Assembly (NCBI GenBank): GCA_951406725.2 | Contig: OX597818.1 | Span: 119,784,001 to 119,848,000 of the forward strand | Direction of reading: 5' to 3' | DNA: 64,000 bases | Source of the DNA: Octopus vulgaris | Lineage: Eukaryota | Part shown: positions 27,215-42,694 of the stretch, piece by piece | Layout of the letters: each line of letters opens with the position of its first letter | Numbering within the stretch: the first letter of the stretch is position 1 | Notes under the pieces: model-generated | Seen by the model: the letters and a program-made list of their open reading frames with translations, nothing else | Database searches by the model: none | Told to the model about the DNA's origin: nothing | Translations under genes and position numbers: made by a program

Positions 27215-27372
27215 ATTCACTCTCTGTTTTTTTTTCCTCGTGTTGCTTTCTGATGAAGAGCGTGGGCTCGAAACATAAAAGACTTCCTCACTTTCCCTAG
27301 CGTCAAACTAATACACTTTCTTGTTGTTCATACACTTGTCTTCGTCTTTTGTTTTTCTGTAAATTTCAGCTA
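27215..27372 (+). mobile_element. Family D element
   Basis: Motif plus conserved tail. Confidence 0.7.
27246..27283 (+). ncRNA. Minimal hammerhead motif of family D, canonical CUGAUGA copy
   Basis: CTTT-CTGATGA-a-GAGC(gtgg)GCTC-GAAA-CA-TA-AAAG. Confidence 0.65.
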
Positions 27373-27597
27373 TATAATATGTACTTATATGCGTATTTAC
27401 TCTGTACTTAAATAGTACTGAACTTACCGTTATGAAAGAGAAAGAAAGGAAGAAAGAACACACTGGATATTTTAGTCTTTGATGCGTAATTCCTGAAAGG
27501 GAAATAAAGGATGGTCGCCGCTGGAAAACTTTTGATCGTTTGTTTTGTTAATAAAAGCTGATTTGGATCTGCGTAACAAGTATAACAACAACAATAT

Positions 27598-28101
27598 GGA
27601 GGCGCAATGTGGAGGCGCAGTGGTTAGGGCAGCGGACTCGCGGTCGTAAGAACGCGGTTTCGATTCCCAGACCGAGCATTATGAGTGTTTATTGAGCAAA
27701 AACACCTAAGCTCCACGACGCTCCGACAGGGAGAGGTGGTAAACCCCGCTGTACTCTTTCACCAAATTTTCTTTCACTCTTTCTTCCTACTTCTGCCACA
27801 AAGCAGAGGGACCATGGTGTGACCTACTAGGGTGTGGGAAAACTTTCAGACCCTAGTCTAGATTGCGAATCCTCTGTACCCCAGGATGGGTCAGCTCTCC
27901 ACCCGTTAAAAGCCACCGTTTACAGAATGAGGATAACAACGTAGCTTTCGCACCAGTGCAACCGCCAGTCTATCGCGTGTGGTGGGTGGATCTTCAAGTT
28001 GCCACGTGCATTCTTAGTAGCTTAGAGTAGGCTCGAATTAGAGATTATTCTTTGTGGCTAATAGCGTGAGTCCTGATTGGAAGAAGATGAAGAAGAAGAA
28101 G
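27598..28101 (+). mobile_element. SINE family B, tail 4 (long, ends in GAA repeats)
   Basis: B head plus about 310 bp of unrelated tail; possible TSD aacaacaacaata at 27584 and 28108. Confidence 0.7.
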
Positions 28102-28673
28102 AACAACAACAACAACAATAACCACTACCACTGCCTCGACAACAACAACGACACGATTACCTACAGATAGTAATACAAGAATTCAACAAAATAATTGTAG
28201 ATGTTTCTATAAAACTGATCCGGAAAGGTTACATGAAAATACAACCAAAATTATACAACTGATATGGACTACTTGATTTAAAATTTGAAATAACAATAGA
28301 AAAAACTCAAGTAAAATACTAATGAGAAATGGCGCTTTCGTTCAGTTGAGCCGGAGTAGAAAATTCGGAGATAGTGATGTGTTTTTAGGTACGGAACAAA
28401 TCCTTTGACAGGCGTACTTCTGACAATAGGAATTCCTGTTTGAGTACAATAGCTGCCATGGTCCCTAGGTCTAATATCAGACAACTCGAGGAAACAGATG
28501 GAGGTTGGCGAGAAAATGCGAGATTGTGGGTAATACCTTTCTCAGTTAAATGCGTAACCCTACGACGGACTAGCCTTCCGATAAGGATGTGGCGTCATTC
28601 GAAATCTTAAGACAAGGCAAAGCGCATTGTGACTAGCGATGCATAACAACATCTGATAGTTCGGTCGAATATA

Positions 28674-28731
<58 letters not shown>

Positions 28732-28954
28732 GCGCAAATGTGTGTGTGTGGGTGGATGGATGGATGGATGGATGGATGGATACTCGCACTGAATTCTAAT
28801 TCCGCCATAGTCAAAAAGTTTAGGTTTTACCACCCAGACGTCTTGGGGTTAATAAGCCCCAGTCGAGTATAGTGGTTTTATAAAATCGTCTCACGTTCCC
28901 TGCTGTTCTCCAGCCAATTCTAGAAATTACCATTATCATTATTATTGCTGTTGC

Positions 28955-29021
<67 letters not shown>

Positions 29022-29529
29022 GATTTGTTGTCGTCGTCGTCATCACAGTCGTCAATATCATCATCATCACAATTACAATCATCATCATCATCATCATCAT
29101 AATCATCGTCGTTGACGTCGTCGTCGCTGTCGGGTGTCATCATCGCCATTTAATTATCGTTACGCTGCCATCGTCATCATTGTCATCATCACCATCACAA
29201 TCACCATCGTCATCATCATAATCATCATCATCACTATCGTCATCATCATCATCAGCAGCTGCAGCAGCAGCAGCATTATCGTCATCGTCATCCTCATAAG
29301 TACTCCTACGACAGCCAGCGACCCCCTGCGGCCTTTCTTCTAATTAACATTGCGGACATTGCTTATCACGAATGGAAATAAAATAAAAACTGCTAACGAA
29401 TCATTTCTTTAATGAAAACATCTTCTAATAATAAGAAATCAGCTACCGGCGTCCGACGTCATTGGACGTTAAATGTCAAATGCAGCAGGGTTAAGTCCAG
29501 CAAGAGTTATTGCGGTTTAGACTGACATT

Positions 29530-29539
29530 GCTGCCGACA

Positions 29540-29571
<32 letters not shown>

Positions 29572-30008
29572 TGTGTATGTGTGTATGTATTGTGTATGTG
29601 TGTATGCATGTATGTATGTACGTATGTGTGTTTATGTGTATGTATGTATGTGTGTATGTATGCATGTGTATCTATGTGTGTATGTATGTATGTATGTATG
29701 AGCGTGTGTATGAGCGTGTGTATGTATGTATGTGTGTATATATGTATTTGTGTATGTATGTATGTATGTGTATGTAAGTGTGTATGTGTGTATGCATGTA
29801 TCTATGTGTGTATGTGTGTGTATGTATGTGTGTATGAATGTATGTAGGTATGTATGTGTGCATGTATGTATGTGTGTATGTATGAGTGTAAGTATGTATG
29901 TGTATGTATGTATGTATGTATGTATGTATGTGTGTATGTATGTATGTATGTATGTATGTATGTGTCTGTATGTATGTGTGTGGATGTATGTATGTGTGTA
30001 TGTGTGTA
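29530..30008. repeat. (TATG)n/(TG)n compound microsatellite
   Basis: Direct reading. Confidence 0.97.
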
Positions 30009-30170
30009 TTTTCTTTATTTTCACTCCTTGTTTCTTTCTATGTTCCTTTCTGTGGAAGAGCGTAGGCTCGTAACGTTAAAGACTTTTTCACTTCCCGAGC
30101 GTTATACTAATACATCTGTTTGTTGTCTACACCACCTGTCTTCGTCTTTTGTTTTTTTTTTATGAATTCC

Positions 30171-30173
<3 letters not shown>
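30008..30173 (+). mobile_element. Family D element
   Basis: CTGTGGA-a-GAGC(gtag)GCTC-GTAA-CG-TT-AAAGA plus tail into (TA)n. Confidence 0.7.
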
Positions 30174-30220
<47 letters not shown>

Positions 30221-30233
30221 GTATATATGTATA

Positions 30234-30598
30234 CTAGCAGTATCGCCCGGCGTTGCTCAGGTTTGTAAGGGAAATAACTATAAAGCATTTTTAGAGAGTT
30301 ATAGCCAAAAATAGCAAAAAAATGGAAAAGAAATGATGGTAAATTTTTTTGAGAGTTAAAAAAGGTGGAGTTGCGTACCCTAGACGGTCTGTGGTTTGGG
30401 TTTCTGATTCTCGACCCCATGTCGAATTTATCGATTTTTTTCAGAACTGGGGGAACTTTTCAAAATTTTCGCTGCGTTAGTTTTGAATTATGACATTGGG
30501 CTATGTGTGTGTCAAGTTTCATCAGAATCGGTTGAAAGCCGTGGTCAGAGTGAGGGTACGAGAAAACAGACACACAGAAAACGCACAGACAAACTGCC

Positions 30599-30607
<9 letters not shown>
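30234..30607 (-). mobile_element. Non-autonomous Helitron, same family, inverted
   Basis: Reverse complement of 24269-24648 with few differences; in (TA)n. Confidence 0.8.
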
Positions 30608-30674
<67 letters not shown>

Positions 30675-31227
30675 GTATCTATGTATCTATGTATCTATGT
30701 ATCTATGTATGTATGTATATGATATGTATATAGACTCTGCTCAACCATTGGCTTTGCTGTGCCCATTGCATGGTGTAGAGTCGCATCCCTTGAGTATAAA
30801 CTCCATGAAGGACTGGCATCCAAGAATTCTATACGGGCCTTGCAAATGAGCGTTTGAGATAAAGATGTGTCTTGGACCTCAAGATAGAAGAGAAGTTAAC
30901 GGATGTTGTAGCATAGAAAAGGACCCGTAAAAAGGGGCGCCGCGGTCTTAACTGACTAATCATCATACATACATTATGTGACCTCTGTGAACAGGACTGT
31001 CACTTTGATGTTAGGCTTCTCACTTAGAAGTGACGATTCTCCAGGTCAAGTAAAAACCTAGAGCAACAAGGTTGCTATCTATTATATAAAGTGGTGACGA
31101 AAGGGGAAAATATGTATATATATATGTATATATATATGTATATATATATATATATGTTTGTGTGTGTGAATGTGTGTATGTGTGAGTGTGCATGCACGCG
31201 TATGTTCGTGTATACATATACATATAT

Positions 31228-31274
<47 letters not shown>

Positions 31275-31324
31275 TGTATATAAATATATACATGCCTATA
31301 TATGTATGTGCTTATGTATATATT

Positions 31325-31861
<537 letters not shown>

Positions 31862-32297
31862 GTGACCTGAATAATGTTATCAGATAGATTTACGGTAAAT
31901 GTATTGGAAATGATTATAAAATAAGTGAAAAATATTGCAATTTGTTAATGGTTGATGCAAATGTCAAAACAAAGGGAAAAATTTAATCTTGGAATGAATA
32001 TCTCCGCTCGCTTCTTGCTGCCGTTCAGTATTGGTTTACATGTGTTAAAGCTTGCCCACTACACACACACGCACGCACACACACACACACACACAAACAA
32101 ACAGACACATACGCCTACAGACACATATACACACTTAGTTACAATAATATAGACACGTGTACACAATAAAAAATCTTCAAGGTTATTCACTACGCTAGCA
32201 CATATGTACGGACAAGGGTCTGTTTATGCATGCACGCCGAGACATACATTCAAACTTACCTGTTGTGCATATATGCATACAAAAATACTTACATATA

Positions 32298-32710
32298 GGC
32301 GCAGGAGTGGCTGTGTGGTAAGTAGCTTGTTTACCAACCACATGGTTCCGGGTTCAGTCCCACTGCGTAGCACCTTGGGCAAGTGTCTTCTACTATAGCC
32401 TTGGGCCGACCAAAGCCTTGTGAGTGGATTTGGTAGACGGAAACTGAAAGAAGCCTGTCGTATATATGTGTATATATATGTGCGTGTGTGTGTTTGTGTG
32501 TCTGTGTTTGTCCCCCTAGCATTGCTTGACAACTGATGCTGGTGTGCTTATGTCCCCGTTACTTAGCGGTTCAGCAAAAGAGACCGATAGAATAAGTACT
32601 GGGCTTACAAAAGAATAAATCCTGGGGTCGAGTTTCTCGATTAAAGGCGGTGCTCCAGCATGGCCGCAGTCAAATGACTGAAACAAGTAAAAGAGTAAAA
32701 GAGTAAAGAG
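32298..32710 (+). mobile_element. SINE family A
   Basis: Full length, tail repeats agtaaaag. Confidence 0.9.
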
Positions 32711-32717
32711 TACATAA

Positions 32718-32850
32718 GTACAGGTTTATACCTGTAATTATTGGCGCCCTGGGATATGTAACACACTGCCTAAATACCAATCTTGAGAAATTAGGATTCT
32801 CAAATCCAAAAGGGGAAAGCTAATTCGAAGACTTCTATCGCTGGAACTTT
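32718..32850 (+). mobile_element. RLE-type LINE fragment
   Basis: YRFIPVIIGALGYVTHCLNTNLEKLGF (PxIIGALG motif). Confidence 0.55.
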
Positions 32851-32854
32851 ACAA

Positions 32855-33283
32855 CTCTAGGCACAAGGCCCGAAAGTTTGGGGGAGGGGGCCAGTCGATT
32901 AGACCGACTCCAGTACGCAACTGGTACTTAATTTATCGACCCTGAAAGGATGAAAGGCAAAGTCGACCTCAATGGAATTTGAACTCAGAACGTAAAGACA
33001 GACGAAATACCGCCAAACATTTCACCCGGCGTCCTAACATTTCTGCCAGTTCGCCGCCTTAAAATATTCTTTTCTACAACTAGGCACAAGGCCTGAAATC
33101 TTGGGGGAGGAGGCCAGTCGATTAGATCGACCCCAGTACGCAACTGGTACTTAATTTATTGACTCCGAAAGGATGAAAGGCAAAGTCGACCTCGGCGGAA
33201 TTTGAACTCGGAAAGTAAAGACAGACGAAATACTGCTAAACATTTCGCCCGGTGTGCTAACGTTTCTGCCAGCTCACCGCTTT
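32855..33283 (-). mobile_element. Two tandem SINE family C monomers, tail 2
   Basis: 32855-33061 and 33067-33283. Confidence 0.9.
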
Positions 33284-33939
33284 AAAGTTCTGTTAATATT
33301 GCATTCATATGTAAGTCGATTGTGAATTTAGCCTTTTTCACCTGTCAGAATCCAACCACTATTTTTTATTCAGCTAAGGATGCCGGAAATGTCACATGGG
33401 TTTGTGTCAATTGCAAAGTAAAACCTCCTTTCAAAATGTCCGAGAGTGGTGAGCACATTTTTCCAGGAAAACACTTTACATTTTACTTCAAGAAGAAAAT
33501 AAAAATGAGAATAGCAATTTTACAAAATATGGTTGATTGCTCTAGGCTTTATGGGAATAAATGTTATACATTTTCATTTGAATCTCTAGGCTCTCGAAAA
33601 GAGTGAGTATTTAACGGTATTTAACAATGAAAGCGAACGAGGCTGAAAAAAAATCCACATGGCACTTTCGTCAAGGTGAGCTTTTATCGCTTTCGTGCTT
33701 AACAATTTTATCTGTATCTCATATACTTAAATATATTGGATGGATTGTTTTAATTGCTAATGGAAAGCTGTTTCTAGCTGTTAGGCGACTTTTTAAACAA
33801 CGATTTAGTCTCTGTTCATCGTCGGACTGGGATTCAACACACCAACTTTTATTTCACAAGGCGCTCAATCATTATATTAAAGGACTCATTCAGTAATCAT
33901 ATCAACGAGGTTCATTTATGGAAAAATTGGCTTTAATAA

Positions 33940-34345
33940 GCGCAAGCGTAACTGTGTAGCTAAGAAGCTTGCTTCCCAACCATACGGTTCTGGGTTCGGT
34001 CCCATTGCACGGCACCTTGAGTATTTCTCTTCTACTATAACCTCGGCCCAACTAAAGCCTTATGAGTGGATTTGGTAAACAGAAAAATGACAGAAACCTG
34101 CTGTTTGTGTGTGTTTGTATGTGTGTGACGCGCGTGTGTTTGTCATTTTGTCTGCGTTTTGTTCACCCACAACCACGTGTCTTTACGGTTCCGTAACCTG
34201 GCGGTTCAACAAAAGAGGTAGATAGAATGAGTACGAGTACCAGGCTTTAAAAAATAAGTACCGGGGTCGACTCGTTCGACTAAAATTCTTCAAGTCAATG
34301 CTCCAGCATGGCCGCAGTTTAACGACTAAAGCAAGTATAAGACAT
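33940..34345 (+). mobile_element. SINE family A, diverged
   Basis: Same module order. Confidence 0.75.
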
Positions 34346-34628
34346 TGTAAAAGATAAAAGGTATGGCAAATTGGAAAATGTAGATAATTTCGTAATAAAT
34401 GGGACTTATACACTTTCGTATATTGAAAAGTGAATCACACGTTGTTGTTTGTTCCTTCTTTAGCCACGCCTGGCTCATAAGGGCCGGTTTCCCGGCTTCC
34501 TTCACGAATAGGTTCCCCACCTGGAAGAAGAAGAAGAAGAAGAAGAAGAAGAAGAAGAAGAAGAAGAAGAAGATAATGATGATGATGAAGAAGGAGGAGG
34601 AGAAGAAGAAGAAGAAGAAGAAGAAGAA

Positions 34629-34661
<33 letters not shown>

Positions 34662-34902
34662 AATGATGAAGATAATGAAGAAGAAGGAGAAGATGATGAT
34701 AATGATGATGAAGAAGGAGGAAGAGAAGAAGAAGAAGAAGAAGAAGAAAAAGAAGATGATGATGATGATGATGATGATAATGATGAAGATGATGAAGAAG
34801 AAGGAGAAGAAGAAGAAGAAGAAGAAGAAGAAGAAGAAGAAAAAGAAGAAGAAAAAGAAGAAGAAAAAGAAGAAGAAGAAGAAGAAGAAGAAGAAGAAGA
34901 AG

Positions 34903-34931
<29 letters not shown>

Positions 34932-34933
<2 letters not shown>

Positions 34934-35125
34934 GGAATAATTGCCCTATGAAGCTCCTACAGAAAGTTTGTCTCTTAAGGACAGCAAGGACTATCAGGAG
35001 GTTTCTAAGCACTTGAAAGACAGCTGGAAACTTGTGGATGCTTAAGGTTACATATAGTAACCGGCTACCCACAAAAACCTTCCCAAGAATAAGTCCGGAT
35101 CTGAGCCAAACCAAAATAATAATAA
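34932..35125 (+). mobile_element. Dong/R4-like 3' end
   Basis: KLLQKVCLLRTARTIRRFLST* then a short 3' UTR ending aataataataa. Confidence 0.7.
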
Positions 35126-35745
35126 CCGGATCTTGCCAAAGAGCTAAGAAGACTGTAGAAGACTAAGGCAAGAATTGTTCCTGTAATAATTGGTGCCCTT
35201 GGCACAGCACCCAAAACGCTAGACTGAAAGAAATTGGAAATGACACTCATATTGTTGACCTGCAGAGAAGTACCGTTCTGTATCTTGCAAGGATCCTATG
35301 ATAGGTTCTTGAGATGTGAAGAGACCTGCTGTCACCAAACCTCAAGATAAAATACCTACTAACTAAATTAGCACGAACTAGTGTCATAATGACTATAATA
35401 CGTAAAATTGGAAGCATTCTTAAAGAGTCATAAAAATACCTACTAACTAAATACCTATAATACTAAATACCTATAAATAACTAAATACCTGTAAATACCT
35501 ATAAATAACTATAAACAAGTACCTATAATGAAAATACCTATTAACTAAATAAATGATAGAATACTTACTAAATAAATTGGAAATGAGACTCATTGTTGAC
35601 CTGCAGAGAAGTACCGTTCTATATCCAAGAATCCTAAGACAGGTTCTAGAGATGTGAAGAGACCAGATAAAATACCTACTAACTAAATTAGCATGTATTA
35701 GTGTCATAATGATAATAATACGTAAAATTGGAAGCATTCTTAAAG
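35126..35745 (+). mobile_element. Second Dong/R4-like 3' end with partial local duplication
   Basis: DLAKELRRL*KTKARIVPVIIGALGTAPK..IVDLQRSTVLYLARIL; about 35230-35430 is repeated at about 35575-35745. Confidence 0.7.
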
Positions 35746-36631
35746 AATAATAAAAAATAAATTTGAAAATGTTTAACCAAAGAAAATACTAAATTAATGT
35801 ATTTTCCATTTAAAAGTCATTTAAAATAAGTGACTTTTAAGCATTTACATACCCAAGTCTTTTTTAATATTTTCCCGGATTCTTACTTTTTTACTATCAG
35901 GCCTGCAAATATATGTAACTAAACCCAAAGACCGACTAATTATTTTTTGTACAAAGTATATCATCGAATTATTGCTCGTCTAATATAATAAGCGAGCATT
36001 GTGTCTCTGAGTTTAGTTATATTGCCACACTGATACATTTTTCCTACAGTAATAAATGTAGCATTAACATTTTTAAGCGTTTAAAACGCAAAGACAAAAT
36101 GAAAGCAGATTTTTTTACGATTGACTATAAGTAATTCCTTAGGAAAAACACCAAAGAATGAAACGTGTTACTTGTCTATATTAATATTTTTTTCACAGTG
36201 TTTGGTTTATATGCATTGTATACTATTTACGATATTTGAAAATATGCCTCGCATGCTTTACGGTTTAATTCTTTCAATTTGCTTTTTATTTTCGATTTAT
36301 TGCTTTCTCTTGAAGAGAAAACGGGAATTTATTTGCCCATTAATTCGCACGTTTCTTTAACGATTACTTATGATAAATGCTACTCAAAAAATGTTTCACT
36401 TTGATAGAAAAACAGATGGATGTGTCAGGCAACGATATAAACTAATAAATCTGTAGATTCGTGAATGAAAAAATAGATAAAACTATCTTCTTTATGAGAT
36501 CTTACGTTGATACAAGGTGAGAAATTTCTATTTGAAATCTCTCACAGTGGATATTTGATAATTATGATATCAAACTTTGACTGAAGAAAGTCAAAACAGA
36601 TTTCTACACTATTTGAACGAATGACTAAGAG

Positions 36632-37183
36632 AGGCATGAAAGGTAAAGTCGACCGCGACAGAATTTGAACTCAACGTAAAAACAAGCGAAATACTACTCA
36701 ACTTTTTCCCCCGGAGTTCTAACGATTCTGCCAGTTCTCCACCTTACCCTTCAATTAAATATAAAACATTTACTATTACAATTGGGTAGTTTTACCATTC
36801 CACTGCCTTCCTCAAAAAGAAAGAACATGTTAGCACAAGGCCAGCAGGTTTTGGGGGAGGGATTAAGTCGATTATATTGACCCCAGTGTTCAACTGGTAC
36901 TTATTTTATCGACCCCGAAAAGATAAAAGGCAAAGTCTACCTCGGTGGAATTTGAACTCAGAATATAAAGGCGGATGTAATGCCGCTAAGCATTTTGTCC
37001 GATGTGCTAACGATTCTGCCAGCTCGCCACCTTGACCTAAAGACGAACAGTGGTCTCAAATTTTAGAGCAAGGCCAGCAGGTTTTGGAGGAGGGATTAGG
37101 TCGATTATATCGAACCCAGTGTTCAACTGGTAGTTATTTTATCGACCTCGAAAGGATAAAAGGCAAAGTCGACCTCGGCGGAA
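36632..37183 (-). mobile_element. Cluster of three SINE family C copies or fragments
   Basis: 36632-36745, 36832-37033, 37066-37183; another at 38727-38940. Confidence 0.8.
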
Positions 37184-37231
37184 CTTGCACTTATCTGTGT
37201 ACAGCTTTCATGGCCAATTTGATGAATAAAA

Positions 37232-37395
37232 GTAGCATGCTTACAAACCATACGGTTCCGGGTTCAGTCCCACTGCGTGGCCCCTTGGGCAAGTGTCTTC
37301 TAATATAGCCTCGGGCCGACCAAAGCCTTGTGAGTGGATTTAGTAGGCGGAAACTGAAAGAAGCTCGTCGTATATATGTATATGTAAATATGTAT

Positions 37396-37432
<37 letters not shown>

Positions 37433-37590
37433 TGTGTCTGTGTTTGTTCCCTCAACATCTCTTGACAACCGATGCTGGTGTGTGTACGTCCCCGTAACTT
37501 ATCGGTTCGGCAAAAGACACCGATAGAATAAGTACTAGGCTTACAAAGAATAAGTACTGGGGTCGATTTGCTCGACTAAAGGCGGTGCTC
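37232..37590 (+). mobile_element. SINE family A
   Basis: Lacks the extreme ends. Further 3' fragments at 38947-39101 (+) and 42888-43030 (-). Confidence 0.85.
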
Positions 37591-39271
37591 CATTTAGTCG
37601 AGTAAAAAGAGAGAGTTACCTTAACTACGGGGAACAATTTATGTACAAATAGACCTTTTGTTGAAGAATATCATGTTTGTTGAAGAATATCATGTTTCAA
37701 ACTATTTTCTGTTGAGATGCGTCAAGTTTAATTAAGCAAATTGATCTGCAAAAAATACCATTTAATTTTTCTTGTGTGCGTGTGTGTGAGGTATTTAACA
37801 TCATTCCTGGAATAATATAATGAAATTTAGTTTCGCAGTGAAAGCGTCAATGCGTTTTATGTTTGATTTCAACCTATTTAAGTTGGCGCCAGGAGGGAAA
37901 AAATGTGGTCGAGGAGAGAATTCCAGGACACACAGGAAAATATTTAAGGGGTCCATTAACCATCTGACCGATCAAATGGAAGTCCAGTCAAAGTTCATTC
38001 GTTTATGTTGGCACATAATTTTATAACTGAATTTTCAGCTCTGATTCTCCTTGTTCTTATGATCGTCATATCTCCCCTTGTGCAAACAGCTAAGTGCACA
38101 GACCACACGTTCTGTAAATATGATTCAAAGAAAGACAGATAGATGCAAGCATGGTGCATATCCGTAACGAGACACTATCGCAACAGCTTATATACATATT
38201 ATTTCGTATTGCATGAGCAAGCAGATTCAGTCATGCATTGAAAAAAAAAATTATTCGCTAAAGTAATCAAGTGAACAGCTTGGGGAATTGAGGATATTGA
38301 TGATGAGAAAATGAAAGTCTAAAAACAATTTTGTTGAGATATTGCTCTTATAATGTCCTTATGTGTTATTATTTCTTCATTTGCTGTAATTGACCAAATA
38401 GTAATAAAGAGGAGAAACAGAAAGAAAATGGGCGAATATAATAGATAATATCGTCTGTAAAATGGACAACGATTATGCTTGAGAAGTAAAGAGAAATGGT
38501 GTGAGATAGGAGAGAGTGTCAGTGAGATGGTAAGAGAAGAAAATTGACACCTTCGATCTCTGTTTGCCAATGCATTCGGTCTAAATAAACGCCCACATGT
38601 CATCAAAATATTTCTCTACACGATTACATGACCTGCTAGAAATAGCAACCAAATATTTCTCAAATAACACCATACGATCTTCAGAAAGAAAAGAAACGTT
38701 AGTTAGTGTAGTTTGGGATACATTAATCTTTTCTACAACCGACACAAGGCCTGAAATTTTGTGGAATGGGATGATCAAGCACATCGACCCCTGTTCTCAG
38801 CTGGTACTTATTTTATCGATCCCGAAAGGATAAATGACTAAGTCGTCCTCATCGGAATTTGAACTTCGGACGTAAAGACGGACGAAATACCGCTAAGCAT
38901 TTTGTCCGACGCGCTGGTGATGCTGCAAGCTCGCCAACTTTCTTCCCCGTGTTTACGTCCCCGTCACTTAGTGGTTCGGCAAAAGAGACTGATAGAATAA
39001 AAACTAGGCTTACAAAGAATAAGTCCTGAGGTCGATTTGCTCGACTAAAGACGGTGCTCCAGCATGGCCGCAGTCAAATGACTGAAACAAGTAAAAGAGT
39101 AAACAAAAGCACGTTTTTAGCAATGCCATCACCGCTGGTGGTGTTTTTTTCCTATGGTGCTGATATATTTCTGGGGTTTCTTTGACACTGTACGTCTACA
39201 AGAGTTTCTTACTCGAGAAGAATGTCACTGTTTAGTAGGCTTTCAAAAGTACATCACTTATATAGACTGAA

Positions 39272-40100
<829 letters not shown>

Positions 40101-40919
40101 TTTGTTGAATTTCTGCTGCTTTTAAATAAAGTATATATATATATATATATATATAGGTATAAAAATTATATATAAAAAGGGACAAGAACGTGAAATACAC
40201 AAAGAGATGACACAAAAAATGGACTGGTCATTCGAGGCCTTTAATCTTCAGTCAGGAACTGGATCATCATAGCAAATTTCGGCTGATTAATCCTGATATT
40301 GCTCCGAAACGGCCAGCCCCAATGAAAAACTAAGCTGCGAGCATTAGATTTCTTGGAGATATATATATATGCATATCTACCAATATGTGTGTAGAGAGAG
40401 AGAGATAGAAAGAGAGACAAACATTATAACAGTTTGAAATTTTAAACAGGTCTCATTTGTTACAAATATTGATTTAGAATGAGTTGTATCTTACGGAATG
40501 TGTGCGCGCGTGCGCGCCCGTGTGTGCGTTGGAATATCGAAATGAATTCTATATTAGTTTTGACAAATTTCGTTTGCAGAACAGAGAAAACGATAATCAA
40601 GTTCAGAAAGAAATATAGTTTTGGATGGATCGTCAACAAATCAACGAGATTAACACGAATCAAAATTCAGTAAACTAAGGTCATCTGGTAGTTGCCATAG
40701 TAGTGTTAGTATGTTCTAGAATGTACTAGTACACTGTTCCTCGATCAATATGGTACTAAACTATTTTGTAGCGAAAAGGCTCAGCAGAGACACACACTCA
40801 GTTTGTAGTTTAAATATGTGAGGGTTAAGGTGTGACAGTGTTGGTAAAGTATAAGCATACGGGCATATGTACGTTCAAGTAGATGTGTGAAAGGAAGGAA
40901 GGAAGGAAGGAAGGAAGGC

Positions 40920-40985
<66 letters not shown>

Positions 40986-41608
40986 GCGAACTGTAATTTC
41001 ACTCTTCGGAATGGCGGCGCAGATGCTGAAACACGTCCAAATCTCCGAACCGCAAGATATTTGCGTGGACAATTGTGACCTACAGATCAGTTAAAGATCA
41101 AAGTGGCCACGTCAGGCTGAGTTTTCATTGACAACAACTGGATGGGTTGAGATGAAAAGTGAATTAAAACGATCCTTTTGGTCACGAGCTTATTTGATCG
41201 ACCTTTGAAGAAAAAATATTAAAAAAAAGCTACGTCGACATCGGCGTGATTTGATTTCAGAATATAAAAGACTCGTAAACAAATAGCTTGAAAGAGTTAA
41301 TCTTTTGGCTTTTTTTTTTTAACAGTTCTCAACCAATTCTACTAATCCTTCGAATATAAACAAATGAATAATAATGTGAATGAAAGGTTAATAATGTCCA
41401 ATTGAACTACCATTGACAGATTTGAAGTAGATGCAAATGATAACAGAAGGGAAAAAATAAGTTGTCGCATGTCAATGTACGTTTAATTCGACGTATAAGT
41501 TGATAGTTGTTGTCCAGAATAAACGATTTCTTCAAGGATTTTGATGAAGGAGAATTGTTGAGGCGGAGTATTAAAGAATGTAAATATGTTCTGTCATTGA
41601 GGAAGAAA

Positions 41609-41705
<97 letters not shown>

Positions 41706-41817
41706 CAGACAGACTGACAGACAAACAAATAGATGGATAGATAGATAGACAGACTGACAGACAAACAGATAGATGTATAGATAGATAGACTGACAGACAG
41801 ACAAACAGATAGATAGG

Positions 41818-41887
<70 letters not shown>

Positions 41888-42254
41888 CACAGACAAACAG
41901 ACAGATGGAGTAACAAACAGATAGATGGAAAGAGACATACATATATAAATATACATACATACACGCATACGTGCATACATATCTCCATACATACATACAT
42001 CCATACATACATACATACATACATACATACATACATACATACATACATACATAGACAGACATAGACAGACAGATAGAGACGAAGAGATGCATACAAAGAC
42101 AATCACACACACTCAGTCAAACAACATACATGTACACAAACAGACAGATAGCCGACACACTGATCTATAGATAGATAAATAGAGAGAGAGAGAGAGAGAG
42201 AGACAGATAGACAGACAGAGATAGCTATGGAGACAGACACACACACACATATTT

Positions 42255-42445
42255 ATATAGTTGAAATTTATAGAAAAACAAAAGACGAAGGTAGGTTTAT
42301 GAACAACAAGCAATTGTATTAGTTTGACGCTCGAGAAAATGAAAAAGCCTTTTACGTTTCGAGCATACGCTCTTCAACAGAAAGGAATGAGAGGAAATAA
42401 AGAGAGAGAGAGAATGAAAAAAACTTGAAGACTTCAGCGGTCCAT
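42255..42445 (-). mobile_element. Family D element
   Basis: Motif at 42347-42385; divergent from the copy at 42695. Confidence 0.7.
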
Positions 42446-42694
42446 ACATATATATACAAATTCACTGCAAGCAGCGAGGAACACTCCTATTTCGCCTGTG
42501 AGTTTGCGAGTGCATGTAGGCGGTTCATTAAAGTGCGTACTAGTGTCTGAGTGCATGCATGAATGCATGGGTGACTGCACGCGTATCTCTGTTTACGCGT
42601 GCAAATATGTGTAGAAGTCCCTAATAGGACTAGAAAAAACCACATCCGTACTGCTAATGTTTGAGAAAACAATAAAGCAAGACATGTAAGTATG

